A stretch of 64,000 bases of DNA. It comes from Psilocybe cubensis (Eukaryota). Position numbers and translations under genes: made by a program. Numbering within the stretch: the stretch's first letter is position 1; each line of letters starts with the position of its first letter. Of this stretch, positions 23,708 to 38,149 are shown in pieces. The stretch lies in the NCBI GenBank assembly GCA_017499595.2, contig CM039006.1, positions 2,108,001 to 2,172,000 of the forward strand. The letters are read 5' to 3'. Under the pieces are notes generated by a model. The model made no database searches. It was not told the DNA's origin and saw only the letters and a program-made list of their open reading frames with translations.

Positions 23708-26688
23708 TATATAAGGAGTGTGGAATACCACTCACCTTTCCTCATCCCGCCTTGGCTTCTCCGCTCCGCTCTCCTCTCCTCTCCTCGAGTCTTGGGCACC
23801 GCGCCCCCCACTCTTCTCTTTGGACTGGCACGACGACGAGGCGGCTCTGCTGTCTGTCGCAGAAATCAAGCTCACACTCACCTATTTGCAGGCCGCCCTG
23901 CTCGTGTCTAGCCTTCTCCGTGTGTGTCTTGCGAGCTGGAATATCCTTCTGCTGATTGACACCCATTCTCGCAGATGTTATCACCACATCTAACCGTACT
24001 GCCTCCCCTGTAAGTGTCTTGTCATCGTGTTCTTTGTCGGGATGTTGCTAACAGTCTCTTGAAACTGCAGAATCGAGCGCGATGGAAAAGATGAGTGCTG
24101 GGTGACGTGTACCCCTGTAAGTGTCTGGATATTGTTTTTCTTACCAGAGACGTGTTGAGGCAACTGCTGGACGAGGTGCGAGAAACACCGTCGTAAGTAT
24201 TAGTCGCTCCGCGCTGTCTTGCTGGATGCCGTGTTCTGATGACTGTGGCATTACTGTACAGGAGCGACAGGATCGGCGCAGAACAGTCACAAATGACGCA
24301 CCTAAAAGTGAGTACAATTTGCAGTCAGTCGTGTTACATGCCATCGAATTAACTCGCACCTACGCACCTTTTACAGCCACGCAGCGGACCCATTCTTCCT
24401 CATCTAGACCACGTTTGAACGTCCGCCCGCCCCCGTAAGTGTCTCGATCGTCATGTTTCTGGTAGGGCTTGTGCTGACAACTGGAAAGGCAGCTCGAAAT
24501 ACGAGCTTGACGGTGCCGACGAGTGTTGGGTGACGTGGGAGAAGCGTCCGAGTAAGCTCCCTGCATGTCGAGGTCGCTCCGTGCCGTCTTGCTGACTGAC
24601 ATTGCTGTAGATGAATGATGCGATTGACGGAGAGGAGCATTGAAAGGTGAGTACGTCCTGCAGTTGTGCTTCACATGTTTGATGCTGCTCCTTGCAGGCG
24701 TTGTCCGGTCTATCTCTGGATGTTGAGCTGCAATCGTGCTCCTCGTCGGAATCGCGCTGGAAGTCGATAAACGCGAGCGGGATGGTGTGGTGCAACAGGG
24801 AACTGTGGAGGCGGAGTGCGGGTGCGGTGGGTGCTGTATGCGACACGAGATGAGCTGTAGGTTGTTGTGACTGGAGGTATGTACCTCTATCTCTGTGGAT
24901 GTTGAACAATCGTGCTGACAGAGAGATTGAGGGTCAAGGGACTGCTGTCACTTTACCTCGTCCATGGTTGTCCATGGAAACCTCGCACCACGAGGGCCGG
25001 TAAGTTTGTTCTTGGTGAACTCATGCTGTCTGACGCTGAACTGGATGGTCGGTAGGCAACGTTCGAGATAGCGCAGCCTGTCAAGGTTGAGCACAACGCC
25101 AGCAGGGTTCTCGCGGCCTTGCGCTTGCCATGAATCCACTTCTGAATGTCGTCCCGCGATTGTGATCATCGTGACGCCGTGTTTCCAGCGCGGCCTCTTG
25201 CTGAATATCGTGACGAACGACTGGAACAGCGAAGAGGATGGTTGATGGGTGAGTACTTCTTGCGATCCAGCCGTCAAACTGATGTTCAATGCCTCTCGCA
25301 GACATTCTCCCGCCGCTTCGACCCACAAACCTCGTCAGAGTCGATGAACGTGAGTGCGGTGGAGCGAAAACAGGTTGTGGGGTACCGTGTGCGAGAGACG
25401 GAGAGCTGGACACGGGTGCTGGAGATCAGTGTGAGTGGGGAAACTTTGAATAATGGTATGTATGTACCTTTATATTAGTGGTTGTTGTTGAACACCCATG
25501 CTGACAGCGAGTTTGAGGCGCGAGACACTGCTGTCGATATGCGTCGTCCGTTGTTGTCCAGGGCGGTATCGTACATTAAGGATCTCGGTGAGTTTCTTGT
25601 CGGACTCGTGGTTGGTTGTTGATAAACCCAATGTCTGGTAGGCACTGTGCAATGAGGCACCCTGTAAATGTTTGGCACAGTGCTGCCAGGTGTTACGAGT
25701 ATCGTATGAGGAGTGTCTACAGGTAGGGGATGAGCCGGGTGTCTTGAAAAGCTTGAATCACGGTACGTACCTTATTGCGGTTGGTGTCAAGTACCGGGCT
25801 GAAATTGAGGTTGAAGCTTGCTTTCAATAAGCATCGTCCATTGGCGAGGTCGTACGAGGATCTCTGTTGTGGGCAGAGATGTAGAGGTTGTGAACAATGA
25901 ATCGGCAGCCGTTTTGGTGAGTTTTATGCCTGTGTGTGTCGACGATGAGATTGAAGATGATTGCTAGCAAGGTGCAGAAGGTGAAGGCACGACGAGAATC
26001 CGTGGAGATGGGCGAAGGCAGGTGGGGTGCTTTATAAGATAGGAGATGGGCTAGATGACCAGAAATCTCTGAATCATGGTACGTACCTTTATCGCGATCG
26101 GTATGTAGTAACAGGCTGACAGAGAGGTTGAGGCACAAGGAATTGATGTCGATAAGCATTGTTCATTGGCGGCATCGAACGAGAAGGGCATTTGGGCCAG
26201 AGAGCCAGAGGTTGTGCATGAGGATTTGGCGTCTACGTCGGTGAGTTTACGCCTTTCCGTGTTGACGACGATGTTGAAACCGATGGGCAGCACGATGAGC
26301 AAGGTTGAGGTGCGAGGTAGGCCTGGGGCAGCAGATGCAGAATGTCTGTTGACAGGGAATGAGTTGGACGTCTGAAAAGTTTTGAATGACAGTACGTACC
26401 TTTATCACAATGGATGTTGAATACCAGACTGACAGAAATATAAGGGTGTCCACGATGGCAGCGTATCTCAAAGAAAACAGGCAGGGTGTAGATGCTATGA
26501 AAGGAGTAAATCGTGTTGTGGGGCGCCATGGATAGACCGGATTGTGCACGACGGCGAGCGTTGGAAGGGCAGAGGTCGAAGGTGTTGCAGTGCAGAAGAG
26601 AGAAGCAAGGGACGCTAGGAAAGAAGAGTCAAAGTGAGACAGTCGGGTTGGAAAAGAGGGAATTGCAGCGAAAAAGATGAGACGGACG
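23708..26688. ncRNA. Intron-dense repeat region (copy 3)
   Basis: Identical to 1610-4590 at offset +22098. Confidence 0.45.
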
Positions 26689-26896
26689 CGTTAAATGGGT
26701 CATTGTAATGTAACCGGGTAACTGTAAGTCATTGGCGGAGTTCATAGATCATCTCCTGATTGATCAAGAGTAGCGCTAATCATGCAAACCCTTCATATCT
26801 TGAATCCGCCCCAAATACTATCAAAGCTCTTTATTCCTACTTTAATGTCCAGTAAACACCAACACCCTACAGCTCAGAACTGGGCCTACATTTAAC

Positions 26897-27451
26897 ATGC
26901 ACGTCGTTTGCGACGCACGCATGCCAACACATCTCCTCGCCGCCACACAGTCCGACCAGGATCCAGTGAAAACGTCGCCGCTAATGCTCCCCATTGACCG
27001 CGTTCTTTTCGAGCGCGGATTTCGCATCGACCTTAATTTTCCACCAGCTACATCTATTACCCCCAAACCACGCAGTATAACCGTTGGAGATTCACAGGTC
27101 CTCTACGTGAACCTTCCGGTGATTCCTGTCAATGTGCCCCACCTCTCATCCCTTGCGCTCCTACTTCTCTATGCAATGGGTCTCGAAACCAATCTTAACA
27201 TCCTCGCTTGGAAGCTGCTTCCTGTAGAAGTCGTAGAGGAGTTTCCAAACGCGGCAGCCATGTCGACGATCTTATCAAGACGACCGCAGGCCGAACAGGA
27301 ATCAATATACAGGCATAACCAGGGTTTGTGGAAAAACATTCTCGCGTTGGGATTAAATAATGCCCGGATAATCCAGGTTGTGCAGACGGCGTGGAATGTT
27401 ACGGCAGACGCTCGTCGTGTCATGCTTCGCAATAACCTGAAGCAATACTAG
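26897..27451 (+). CDS. Clp1-like protein (copy 3)
   Basis: Identical translation to 4799-5353. Confidence 0.7.
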   Translation: MHVVCDARMPTHLLAATQSDQDPVKTSPLMLPIDRVLFERGFRIDLNFPPATSITPKPRSITVGDSQVLYVNLPVIPVNVPHLSSLALLLLYAMGLETNLNILAWKLLPVEVVEEFPNAAAMSTILSRRPQAEQESIYRHNQGLWKNILALGLNNARIIQVVQTAWNVTADARRVMLRNNLKQY

Positions 27452-28751
27452 CCCAATTCCTGGCTTCTAATTTTTATGGATGCTTGCACAACCTACGACT
27501 CCAACTTTACGATCACAAACTATATCTACAATGGATTCTCTCGGCCTCTTTTATCTTATCTTTTCCGGTCCATCTATTCATCCCGTACTAATATTTTTTC
27601 ATGTGCGCCATCTATCGTTCATTTGTTTCTTATGGAACTTGTTATATCTATTCCTCATCACTATCTTACACTCATTCAGTTTACACTATTCAGCGTGTAC
27701 GAGAACCGGCGCAAGCTCTAATTTTCACATTCGCTGTCAAAACTGTGGTGGGCGATCAGCATCACTTAACCCTAAACCCTATGGCTGCCCAAGTGGGGAG
27801 ATATTCCCCGTAGATATAATTTCCTTATTTTTGAGAAGTGCGTCAATGATAGAACAAAATTTGTGAGCGGACACATTTGTTTGGTGTGTGCAGATTTCTT
27901 TCTGAACCAATTTGATGAATCGGTAAACACAATTAGCTATTTCGAATATTTGAATTTGCAAGCGCGAGTGCATTATTTCTGCTCCAAATTATATTTAATG
28001 TGTAAATTACATGTGCATAAGCACATTTTGTGCGCTGAACAAACGTTTCAATGCGAGGAAAACATACTATCATTGACCAGACGTTTGGTTGACCACTGAT
28101 TCGGTTTACCCACCTTCCCGTACTCCGTTTCTTCTGCAAATTGAAATATAAGCTTTAGTGTATGAGTTATACATGATCTTACTTTTTTTTGACCAGAAAC
28201 GAGGTAGAAATGAGCAAAACAAATGAGTGTTAGAAATTGATCGTTTTGCAATGCCGACAATGCCATCAAAAAGAAAGAAAGGACGGCATGTCGGCGCATC
28301 GCGTCTCACGTGCAATATAGTCTCTAGACAGACCACGATACGTTTGCGTGTTTACTGAAACGCGTTCAGGATGCTCTGAGCACATCGTAACACTTTCTTT
28401 TCCTTTTCACAATTATATATGCTGACCCTACCTATGAAAATAGAATACAGGAAGCTATCAATGCTGTCCGTGATGGTCGATTTCCCACTCGTAATACCCA
28501 TAGTTATACTTATACTAATAATTTCTGATATACTGATAACCAATAAATACCATTGTCTTTATTGCAACTGCAAGCGACGACAAAACATGAATGGACTTGA
28601 GGAGGAATCCCACGAGAATACGTCTTAGTTATAGGAAGCCGTCTTGTCGGCAGTGGTCGGAGTTGAAAATATTATGTACCGATGATCAGCCATCAAAACG
28701 AATCCAAACCGAATGATTCTTTTTGTGAAGTGGGCAGCCGTGATTGGTTCC

Positions 28752-29263
28752 CTTTCGAGTCATTCAGCATGTACATCAAGACTGCGCTGATGTTGTTCAC
28801 TTCGCTTTGTAGCTGAGATCGAGCAGGTGGGTCATGATATTGGGTTCCCTTCAGCGCCAGATTAAATAAAATGCTCGTGGATGAAAGACCGACACTTTGT
28901 GTTCGATGGCGGGTGTTAGAAGGGATGTATCAATTCAATGTAGAAGCTTCAGGGAAACGGTATTGGTACTTCAAAATGCTTGAGAATTTGTTGAACGAGG
29001 CCTGCTATGATCTGAACATAGGGAGCTTGTGCAAACGCCTCTAAAACATCATCAGCAAGACTTGTCACAGTATGGATAGTAGCATTTCCCCATCCGAATA
29101 CAGTGCTTGGGAGTGATTCAGTGGTTTCAGCTCTCAGCGCTCCCGGACTGTCTACTGCAGCGTCAACTCTGTCTGGTTTTTCGTTTGACCTTGGCCGAGT
29201 CTGGCCATAAAGTATGATAGCACTATGTGGCGATGGCCTCGCGGTATTCGTCATTCTCCCCAT
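28752..29263 (-). pseudogene. NLR remnant (copy 3)
   Basis: Array copy of 6654-7165. Confidence 0.85.
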
Positions 29264-29830
29264 GATGCTTTGTACTTCAATCCGGTTTCCTTGTGGCTAA
29301 TACGGCTGGTGGATTGGTATCGGTTGGCCACTGATATTGTATGCTGGCTAATTGAAGCGAGTTTGTTTATCTGTTTGGACACAGGAAGGTCTCCTTTTGC
29401 AACATTGAATGATAATGGTGATGCTTATTGAATATCTTTCAATATTCAAGTCTAAAGGATTGCGCGCCACGCATAGTACACCTGCCTCTGGAATCTTCGA
29501 ATTTGTTATTTATGACTAGGCCTTGTCAATTATCTGACGAATATACGGTTTGGTAGACATCAAAAATCAAGAAAATTGGTATGTTTCTCCGGACTCGGAC
29601 CGTAGGCATAGGCCTTCGATAAACCGGATAATAGACGACACGTTTGGGCCTGAATGAGCTGTGATATTATCGAACAAAAGCCTTCGGGGCCGCCGCGGCA
29701 TGCCCATGTCATTGTCGATGGCACTTGATGCCTATGAATCACGGTGAGTCACAAGCGCACGGTTATATATGGACGATATGAGCGGAGAGAAAAGAAGGCA
29801 ATCTATCCATCGATACAACTGATATCTAGA

Positions 29831-30221
29831 ATGTTGACCCGGGACGATTATGTGTTTTTCTGGAAGACAAATGAGGAGCAGTGAGTCATTAAGTCACTTC
29901 CAACCAGGTCACGTAAAGAGTACATATAACCGTGCACAGTGGATGGGGCTCGCAGTGGTATCTTTCGCCCTTCAAAGCGGCCGTTGTACTTTCTGGAGAC
30001 GAGGGGGCAGAAGAAGAGACTGTGCTTTTCCCTACTGCTGAGCATTGAAAGCGCTGTTATTCAAAGACTATGCGGTGGCCCGAGAAATTCTAGAGATCAC
30101 AGGAGTCGGACAAGAGGAAATGCGATATGTCAAAGGCTTAGGTCGCAAAGTTCAGGGATTTGACGAAGAAACGTGCTTACTCAACCCCGAAATCATGGGG
30201 ATCAAAGACGCTAATGTTTAT
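29831..30221 (+). pseudogene. Truncated NADAR pseudogene (copy 3)
   Basis: Array copy of 7733-8123. Confidence 0.88.
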
Positions 30222-30427
30222 TCTAACCATCAATGGAGCGAATAACCATATTGAGACGACCCTGAGTGAAAGACATAGAAGTTTTTTTCTCTTTTTTGCT
30301 ACGTACGGACATAGTTTCTCCCCGCCCGAAGGCCAGGGTGCTTATTTTCTCTATCTACACAAAAAAAATATCTTCACCTCTTAGTTTTGACTGGGGGCGC
30401 GTGAACGGAACTCTGTGACCAGAAAAC

Positions 30428-31658
30428 TTGCGGAAATCCAAAAGTTTGAATCTATATCTACAGAACCGTATTAGCAAAGACCACAAAACACATAATCTTG
30501 ACTCTGACTCACGGTTTGTGTGAATTCAAAGCATTCAATTTCAACTGCAAAGGTAACATCAGCAAAGACCGAGATACCATGTACCACCAAACTCACCCTT
30601 GCAAGGCGATTCGGAAATATCAAAAATACTTGCCGGTCATAACTGGCGCAAAACATCAAATTTAGACCCGAGAGGTACCCGACATGGAAACACACACAAC
30701 AAACACACCTGCAGGGCGATTCGCCGGAACGCGAAATATCAAATTTTGACTTTGGGGGCGACTTGTAATGGGGCAGTTCGCGGGAATCCAAAATATCAAA
30801 TTTCAACTCCTAGAGGTTGTATCAAACACAACTGTCCGCTACTAGAAAGGCAAATTATTGAAGGGAAAGTCAACATACAAACAAATGCCACGTACCATCA
30901 AACAGACCCACAGAGCGATTCTCGGGAACGCAAAATATCAAATTTGGACTTTGGGGGCCACATACCACAAAAAATGTGTTGACTTGTAGCGGGGAGGTTT
31001 GCGGGAATCCAAAATATCGAATGTAGGTCTGAGGGGGAGAGGTTTACAACTGAGTTTGACACCCTGGAGTCATATTCGCATACACCTAACATGCTCGCAG
31101 GGCGGTCCGCGGGAACGCGAAATATCAAATTTCGACTTCGAGGGGTGCCACATAGCACCAAACACTAGGGCATGGTTCGCGGGAATCCAGAATATCGAAT
31201 TTACGTCCGAGGGAGGCCAATCTGACTTGCACCGTGTTTGCTTTGACTCCTGTTGTCATGTTAGTAAAGAATAAAAGAGAGATGCAAGTGCCACGTACGA
31301 AAATATGTAGTCTTCAGCACAGTTCGCGGGAACACAGAATCTCAAATTTCGGTCGGGGGCCGGTCAATCTGACTTGCAAGATGTTTGCTTTGACTCCTGC
31401 TGTAATGTTAGTAAAGACTGAGAAAGAGAAGCAAGTGCCACGTACCAAAATATGTAGCCTTCAGCGCGGTTTGCGGGAACACAGAATATCAAATTTCGAA
31501 AGGTGACGGAGTTTGATGAACAGGGTGGTTCGCGGGAAGTCAAAATATACAATTTTGATGCCTGGGACCGTAACTGGCATTCAGGCCACGGCAGCGTATC
31601 ACTATGGTGGCGGGAAGGCGAAATATCGAGTCGGCGGACGCCCAAAAATCAAATTTTG
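30428..31658 (+). repeat. Iterated motif block (copy 3)
   Basis: Array copy of 8330-9560. Confidence 0.9.
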
Positions 31659-34600
31659 AGCGCGACACCAACTCGAATCGCAGACTGGCATAAGGACGGG
31701 ATGGACAGCTGTCAAAATTCCATTTCGTGCCCTCTTATATACCTTCAGCAAAGTTCCGAGAACCCTGATCCAATTCTTTTAGCTCGCTCCTACGTTTGCC
31801 AAATTTTCTGCCTGATCCCCGTGTACGTACACCCAGCAACACATCCTCGTTACCTCACTTTCCACTCTACATGGCCCAGGAATGTCAGCCTATCATTTGA
31901 GTCAAACACATTGCTAATGGTATTCATGATTTTCACAACTCACAGGGGCTCAAAATTCCAAAAATAAGTAACACAACTCCTGATGAACTTTTCGATGGAT
32001 TCTAACGACTCACAGGGGCTTGAAATTCCAAAAATAAGCAACACAGCAACTAGCGTGTATCGGCAATTTAAACTACATACGAGATCGCAGCCAGCTCATC
32101 GGTCCACCCAAACCAATCGACTGGATTTCAGGGTCCCAGATATCTTTTTTGGCAAAATCGATTCGTCTGGAAATGAGCTCATCGTGAACCTTTTCCCATA
32201 GTCCTCTTATGTGCGAATGACATCACATACCGTGCCAAGTCCAATAGACGCGCGGATTTCAAATAAGCGCCCAGTCTTTTCCGGGACGTTCATCAAGGTT
32301 CCTACGCTGTCCTTCCACTTTCAAGTCATTTCAATTGCTAAACGTTGTGCTTTTCATCATTCTAAGAGGTTTCCATGGTCAAATAGCTGCAGAAACGCAC
32401 CGAATTCATGTATCGAGCATTGCCACGTAGGTCACAAAATCCAGCATTTCGAGATCAAACACAACGAACAACAGGTCAAAATGAGTGTTCCCATATATAA
32501 ACAGGACCACTAAGTACTTCTCGGATCTTTTCTAACGAGTAAACGCGTGGGATATGAAAATGTAACTATATTTTCCCCTGACTACATTGGTTTACTCCTG
32601 TTCTAGGTTTACTTTACCCTCGCTAGTGGTTCACAATGACATATTTACCTTCTTTGCATCCTTGCATGTACCTTTAAACATAATACGGACTCGTCAACTT
32701 GTCTGAACGCTGGAGACAAAGCGAAATCAACACGTCACCCTATAACGTTCTCCGTCTCGATTTCGACATTTGTTGAATTAGAGTCGTTTCGAGGGCACTA
32801 CGTAACGTAAGATATAATTAGTTTTGATAAAAATATTGGGCTTAGAAGACGGAAACGTCGGCGGATGCGAAGAGACTGTAATTCCGGAAAACACAGTTAC
32901 GAACGTTCCTTGAATTTCGCTTTATACAGGTCATTGTACACTTTGAAGATCCATGTAGGGTATTCTAGTCTACATATGTTAAAAGACTCAATGCTCTGTG
33001 AGGCACGATTTTATGTTCAAAATGTTCCATAAAGCTCGATTGAGTCGTTCCGGAGTGGAATAACAACACACGGAAAACACTCTGTTTCAAATGTACAGAC
33101 ACTGAGAGATTTAAAACTACCCTAATTCACTTGAAGCATCAAACTTCAAAGCATAACTTTTGCACAAATGCTATCTACGGTGCAAAATAAGCAGTGAGCT
33201 GTATAATGCATATTACAGGAAACACACTCTCAGACCCCAAAATACCCACCATTCTATCATACAGACACTCTTCCCCATCACCGCAGACTCAAACCGACCA
33301 CCCAATCGCTCCGAGTCGCAGACTAGACCCAGAGCTATTGCAAACGGGCATCTGCGCCTCCTCCCCCATTACGCACTTTCCAAGCCTTCCAAACCGCTCG
33401 CTCCCGGTCGCAACGTGTTTACGACACCCCTTACATACACGATCGACGCTTGTGGCGATTGAAAATGAGAGGAAGCAGCGGTGAACTTGGGTGAACTGTT
33501 TGTGTGCTGGCAGTCGTTACAAGCTCTAGCGACGTTTAACGCGTTTTACGTCGGTTTATGGGTTTCTGGGGATGCTGGTAATCACTGTGATATGAATAGG
33601 GGTTGTTGGGGTGAAGGATTTGTGGGCAAAAAAAGTTGTCGGATTGTTTGCAAAGATGGAGTAGACGCGAGCTGAATCGCTCGCAGATCAATTTCAGCAC
33701 CTTTGCACAACGGGGTACTATGCAGAATATGTTATACTTGACCAGGAGAGCACCATAGAATGGTCAGCCAGACGGTCAAGCTCCCGGTGGAGTCCTGCAA
33801 CACATCCGTTCCCCAATCCAATCCCCTCCTCCTTCCCCAAAACACCGCTCGTCTCGCAAAAAAACCACCTGGATTGTTATCATCCCTGAACGTATCACTT
33901 ATTCATAGCATCTCACGTACCTCGTCGCGTAATTTCGAAGCTGGAAACTGAAATTTTTTTTGTGATACTCCCGAGGCATTCCAGTCCGTCCATTCAATCG
34001 ACACAAACACTAGAACGCAGAATACGTACGAATACAACACCTAGAAGAGTACGGTAGTGTAGTACATGTCAGCTCCAAGCCCCGACAATAGAAAGATCAA
34101 GGAGTGCAACTCACCAAGTAGCAAATGTACATTTCACAAACGGCAGGATGTAATGCATTGCGATGCAACAACTCCCCATCTGCATCTTCCGACCGAAATG
34201 CAGTTTGAAACGTCTGGAATTCGGTGCTTTGTATCTCGTTAGCTTAATTAAGCAACGTAAGATCGAGGACTGTACCGAAATTGAGATGCAAATTTTTGAA
34301 GCTAGAGCTCGAGAGTTCACGTAGAGGCGGTTTGGCGAGTTTGCGGTGAATACTGGACTGCTTTGTGATGGGTGTAGCTGTTTTATGCTCGTCTCCTATT
34401 CTGTGGGTGTAGTTGTTATTTATTCTTCTAATTTTTGTGAGTGTAGTTGCACTGAGAGTATGTACTCGTTTACTTTTCTTTTCTGTGCTGCCTGGATATC
34501 AGAATTGATAACAAAAGTGATTATCACGAATCTCGTCTTTTCATGTCTATCGTGAACTGATCTTTAGCAAATAGAATGAAATTATATTGCATTAGCACAC

Positions 34601-34756
34601 TACACGACGACAGGGGGTATACAGTGTACAGAAATACACCCAATCTCTCGCTTAGCGGAGGAGGCAGGTTGCAGATCCCAAATCGGACCCTGCAAAACGA
34701 CCCGAAAACACAACCCCTGTGCGTATGTATGTACATACAGCGGCAAGGTGCGCGTG

Positions 34757-37700
34757 TATATAAGGAGTGTGGAATACCACTCACCTTTCCTCATCCCGCC
34801 TTGGCTTCTCCGCTCCGCTCTCCTCTCCTCTCCTCGAGTCTTGGGCACCGCGCCCCCCACTCTTCTCTTTGGACTGGCACGACGACGAGGCGGCTCTGCT
34901 GTCTGTCGCAGAAATCAAGCTCACACTCACCTATTTGCAGGCCGCCCTGCTCGTGTCTAGCCTTCTCCGTGTGTGTCTTGCGAGCTGGAATATCCTTCTG
35001 CTGATTGACACCCATTCTCGCAGATGTTATCACCACATCTAACCGTACTGCCTCCCCTGTAAGTGTCTTGTCATCGTGTTCTTTGTCGGGATGTTGCTAA
35101 CAGTCTCTTGAAACTGCAGAATCGAGCGCGATGGAAAAGATGAGTGCTGGGTGACGTGTACCCCTGTAAGTGTCTGGATATTGTTTTTCTTACCAGAGAC
35201 GTGTTGAATGTGTTTTGAAGCTGCAGAAGCGAGCGGGATGGCGAAGGCAACTGCTGGATGAGGTGCAAGAAACACCGTCGTAAGTGTCAGTCGCTCCGCG
35301 CTGTCTTGCTGGATGCCGTGTTCTGATGACTGTGGTCTTATTGTACAGGAGCGACAGGATCGGCGCAGAACAGTCACGAACGACGCACCTAAAAGTGAGT
35401 ACAATTTGCAGTCAGTCGTGTTACATGCCATCGAATTAACTCGTACCTACGCACCTTTTGCAGACACGTAACGGACCCATTCTCCCTCATCGAGACCACG
35501 TTTGAACGTCCGCCCGCCCCCGTAAGTGTCTCGATCGTCATGTTTCTGGTAGGGCTAGTGCTGACAACTGGAAAGGCAGCTCGAAATACGAGCTTGACGG
35601 TGCCGACGAGTGTTGGGTGACGTGGGAGAAACGTCCGAGTAAGCTCCCTGCATGTCGAGGTCGCTCCGTGCCGTCTTGCTGACTGACATTGCTGTAGATG
35701 AATGATGCGATTGACGGAGAGGAGCATTGAAAGGTGAGTACGTCCTGCAGTTGTGCTTCACATGTTTGATGCTGCTCCTTGCAGGCGTTGTCCGGTCTAT
35801 CTCTGGATGTTGAGCTGCAATCGTGCTCCTCGTCGGAATCGCTCTGGAAGTCGATAAACGCGAGCGGGATGGTGTGGTGCAACAGGGAACTGTGGAGGCA
35901 GAGTGCGGGTGCGGTGGGTGCTGTATGCGACACGAGATGAGCTGTAGGTTGTTGTGACTGGAGGTATGTACCGTTATCTCTGTGGATGTTGAATACCCGT
36001 GCTGACAGTGAAAATGAGGGTCAAGGGACTGCTGTCACTTTACCTCGTCCATGGTTGTCCATGGAAACCTCGCACCACGAGGGCCGGTAAGTTTGTTCTT
36101 GTTAAGCTCGTGCTGTCTGACGCTGAACTGGATGGTCGGTAGGCAACGTTCGAGATAGCGCAGCCTGTCGAGGTTGAGCCGAACGCCAGTATGGTTCTCG
36201 CGGACTTGCGCTCGCCATGAATCCACTTCTGAATGTAGTCCCGTGATTGTGATCCTGGTGAGGCCGTGATTCCAAAGCGGCTTCTTGCTGGATATCGCGA
36301 CGATCGACTGGAACGGCGAAGAAGAGGGTTAGCGGGTGAGTTCTTCTTTGCAATCTCACTTGGGCTGTTGATAAACCCGATGACTAGTTGACAATGCGCC
36401 ACGATGGACCCGTAAACATTCGGCACAGTGCTGCCAGGTGTTGTGGTATCATATGAGAGGTGTCTACACGGGTGAGCCGGGTGTCTTGAAAAGTTTGAAT
36501 CACGGTACGTACCTCATTGCGGTTGGTGTTAAGTACCGGGCTGAAATTGAGGTTTAAGCACGAAGACTTGCTGTCGATACGCGTCGTTCATGCAGCATCG
36601 TACGAAGAAGATCTTGGTTGTGGGCAGAGAGCTAGAGGCTGTGCATGATGAAGGGCGCCTGCGTCGGTGAGTTTATGCCTTTCCGTGTAGACGAAGACGC
36701 TGAAAATGATCCCTGGCAGGTTGAGGAGTGACGAGGATCCGTGGAGATGGGTGTGAAGGCAGGTGTTGTGGGGTGCTGTATAAGATGAGTTGGATGTCAA
36801 GAGATCTTTGAATCATGGTACGTACCTTTATCGCGGTTGGTATCGATAACCAGGCTGACAGCGAGATTGAGGGGCGAGGGACTGCTGTCGATACGCCTTA
36901 ACCGCGGCCTTGTGGTTGTTGAGGTTGAGGTGATAATGAGAGTGGAAAGAGGGGATGCCCGGATGTTGTGGGGTGTTGTAACTGTCCTGGTGTCTATGTG
37001 AGTGTTCTCTGTGGATATCAAGTGCCAACTAACTGTGCAGTTGAAAGATTGATGGCGGCGGGCCTTTACCCCCCTAATACCACGACGGCGGACTGAACTG
37101 CGGCATCGTACAAGGAGAATCTCGGTTGTGGGCAGAGAGTTAGATACTGTGCACGATGAAGGGCGCCTGCCTCGGTGAGTTTTACGCCTGTGTGTATCAA
37201 CGACGACGTTGAAGATGATTGTTAGCACAGTGCGGAAGGTTGAGGCGTGACGGAGGTGGGTAAAGGCAGATATTGTGGGGTACTGTATAAGACAGGAGAT
37301 GAGTTGGATGTCAAGAGATCTTTGAATCATGGTACGTACCTTTATCGCGGTTGGTATGGAGTAACAGGCTGACAGACAGGTTGAGGCACTAGGAATTGAT
37401 GTCAATAAGCATTGACCATTGGCAACATCGAACGAGAAGGGTTTTTGGGCCAGAGAGCCAGAGGTTGTGCACGAGGATTCGGCGTCTGGGTCGGTGAGTT
37501 TATGCCTTTTCGTGTTGACGAGAATGTTGAAACCGATGGGCAGCACGATGAGCAAGGTTGAGGTGCGAGGTGGGCCTGGGGCAGCAGATGCAGAATGTCT
37601 GTTGACAGGGAATGAGTTGGACGTCTGAAAAGTTTTGAATGACAGTACGTACCTTTATCACAATGGATGTTGAGTACCAGACTGACAGAAATATAAGGGT

Positions 37701-37945
37701 GTCCAGGATGGCAGCGTATCTCAAAGAAAACAGGCAGGGTGTAGATGCTATGAAAGGAGTAAATCGTGTTGTGGGGCGCCATGGATAGACCGGATCGTGC
37801 ACGACGGCGAGCGTTGGAAGGGCAGAGGTCAAAGGTGTAGCAGCGCAGAAGAGAGAAGCAAGGGACGCTAGGAAAGAAGAGTCAAAGTGAGACAGTCGGG
37901 TTGGAAAAGAGGGAATTGCAGCGAAAAAGATGAGACGGACGCGTT
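34757..37945. ncRNA. Intron-dense repeat region (diverged copy 4, with an additional repeat unit)
   Basis: Same intron chain. Four (G/A)GTACGTACC-containing units (36504, 36817, 37331, 37644) versus three in the array unit. Confidence 0.45.
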
Positions 37946-38149
37946 AAATGGGTCATTGTAATGTAACCGGGTAACTGTAAGTCATTGGCGGAGTTCATAG
38001 ATCATCTCCTGATTGATCAAGACTAGCGCTAATCATGCAAACCCTTCATATCTTGAATCCGCCCCAAATACTATCAAAGCTCTCTATTCCTACTTCAATG
38101 TCCGGGAAACACCAACACCCTACAGCTCAGAACTGGGCCTACATTTAAC

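Larger units (their letters stand above)
1..35207. repeat. Tandem array of an 11,049-bp unit (copies 1-11049, 11050-22098, 22099-33147, partial 33148-35207); extends off the left edge
   Basis: The ORF track recurs with identical translations at a constant offset of 11,049. Identity breaks at 35207 (GACGTGTTGA|ATGTG versus GACGTGTTGA|GGCAA at 2060). Confidence 0.97.

Noticed and set aside
1-33147. rDNA array, suggested by the unit size
   Set aside because: No conserved 18S, 5.8S, 28S or 5S motifs recognised.
36797-37555. 252-aa minus-strand ORF and the many 60-150 aa ORFs in the unit
   Set aside because: They read through repeats and introns, are not preserved between the array and copy 4, and show no recognisable motifs.
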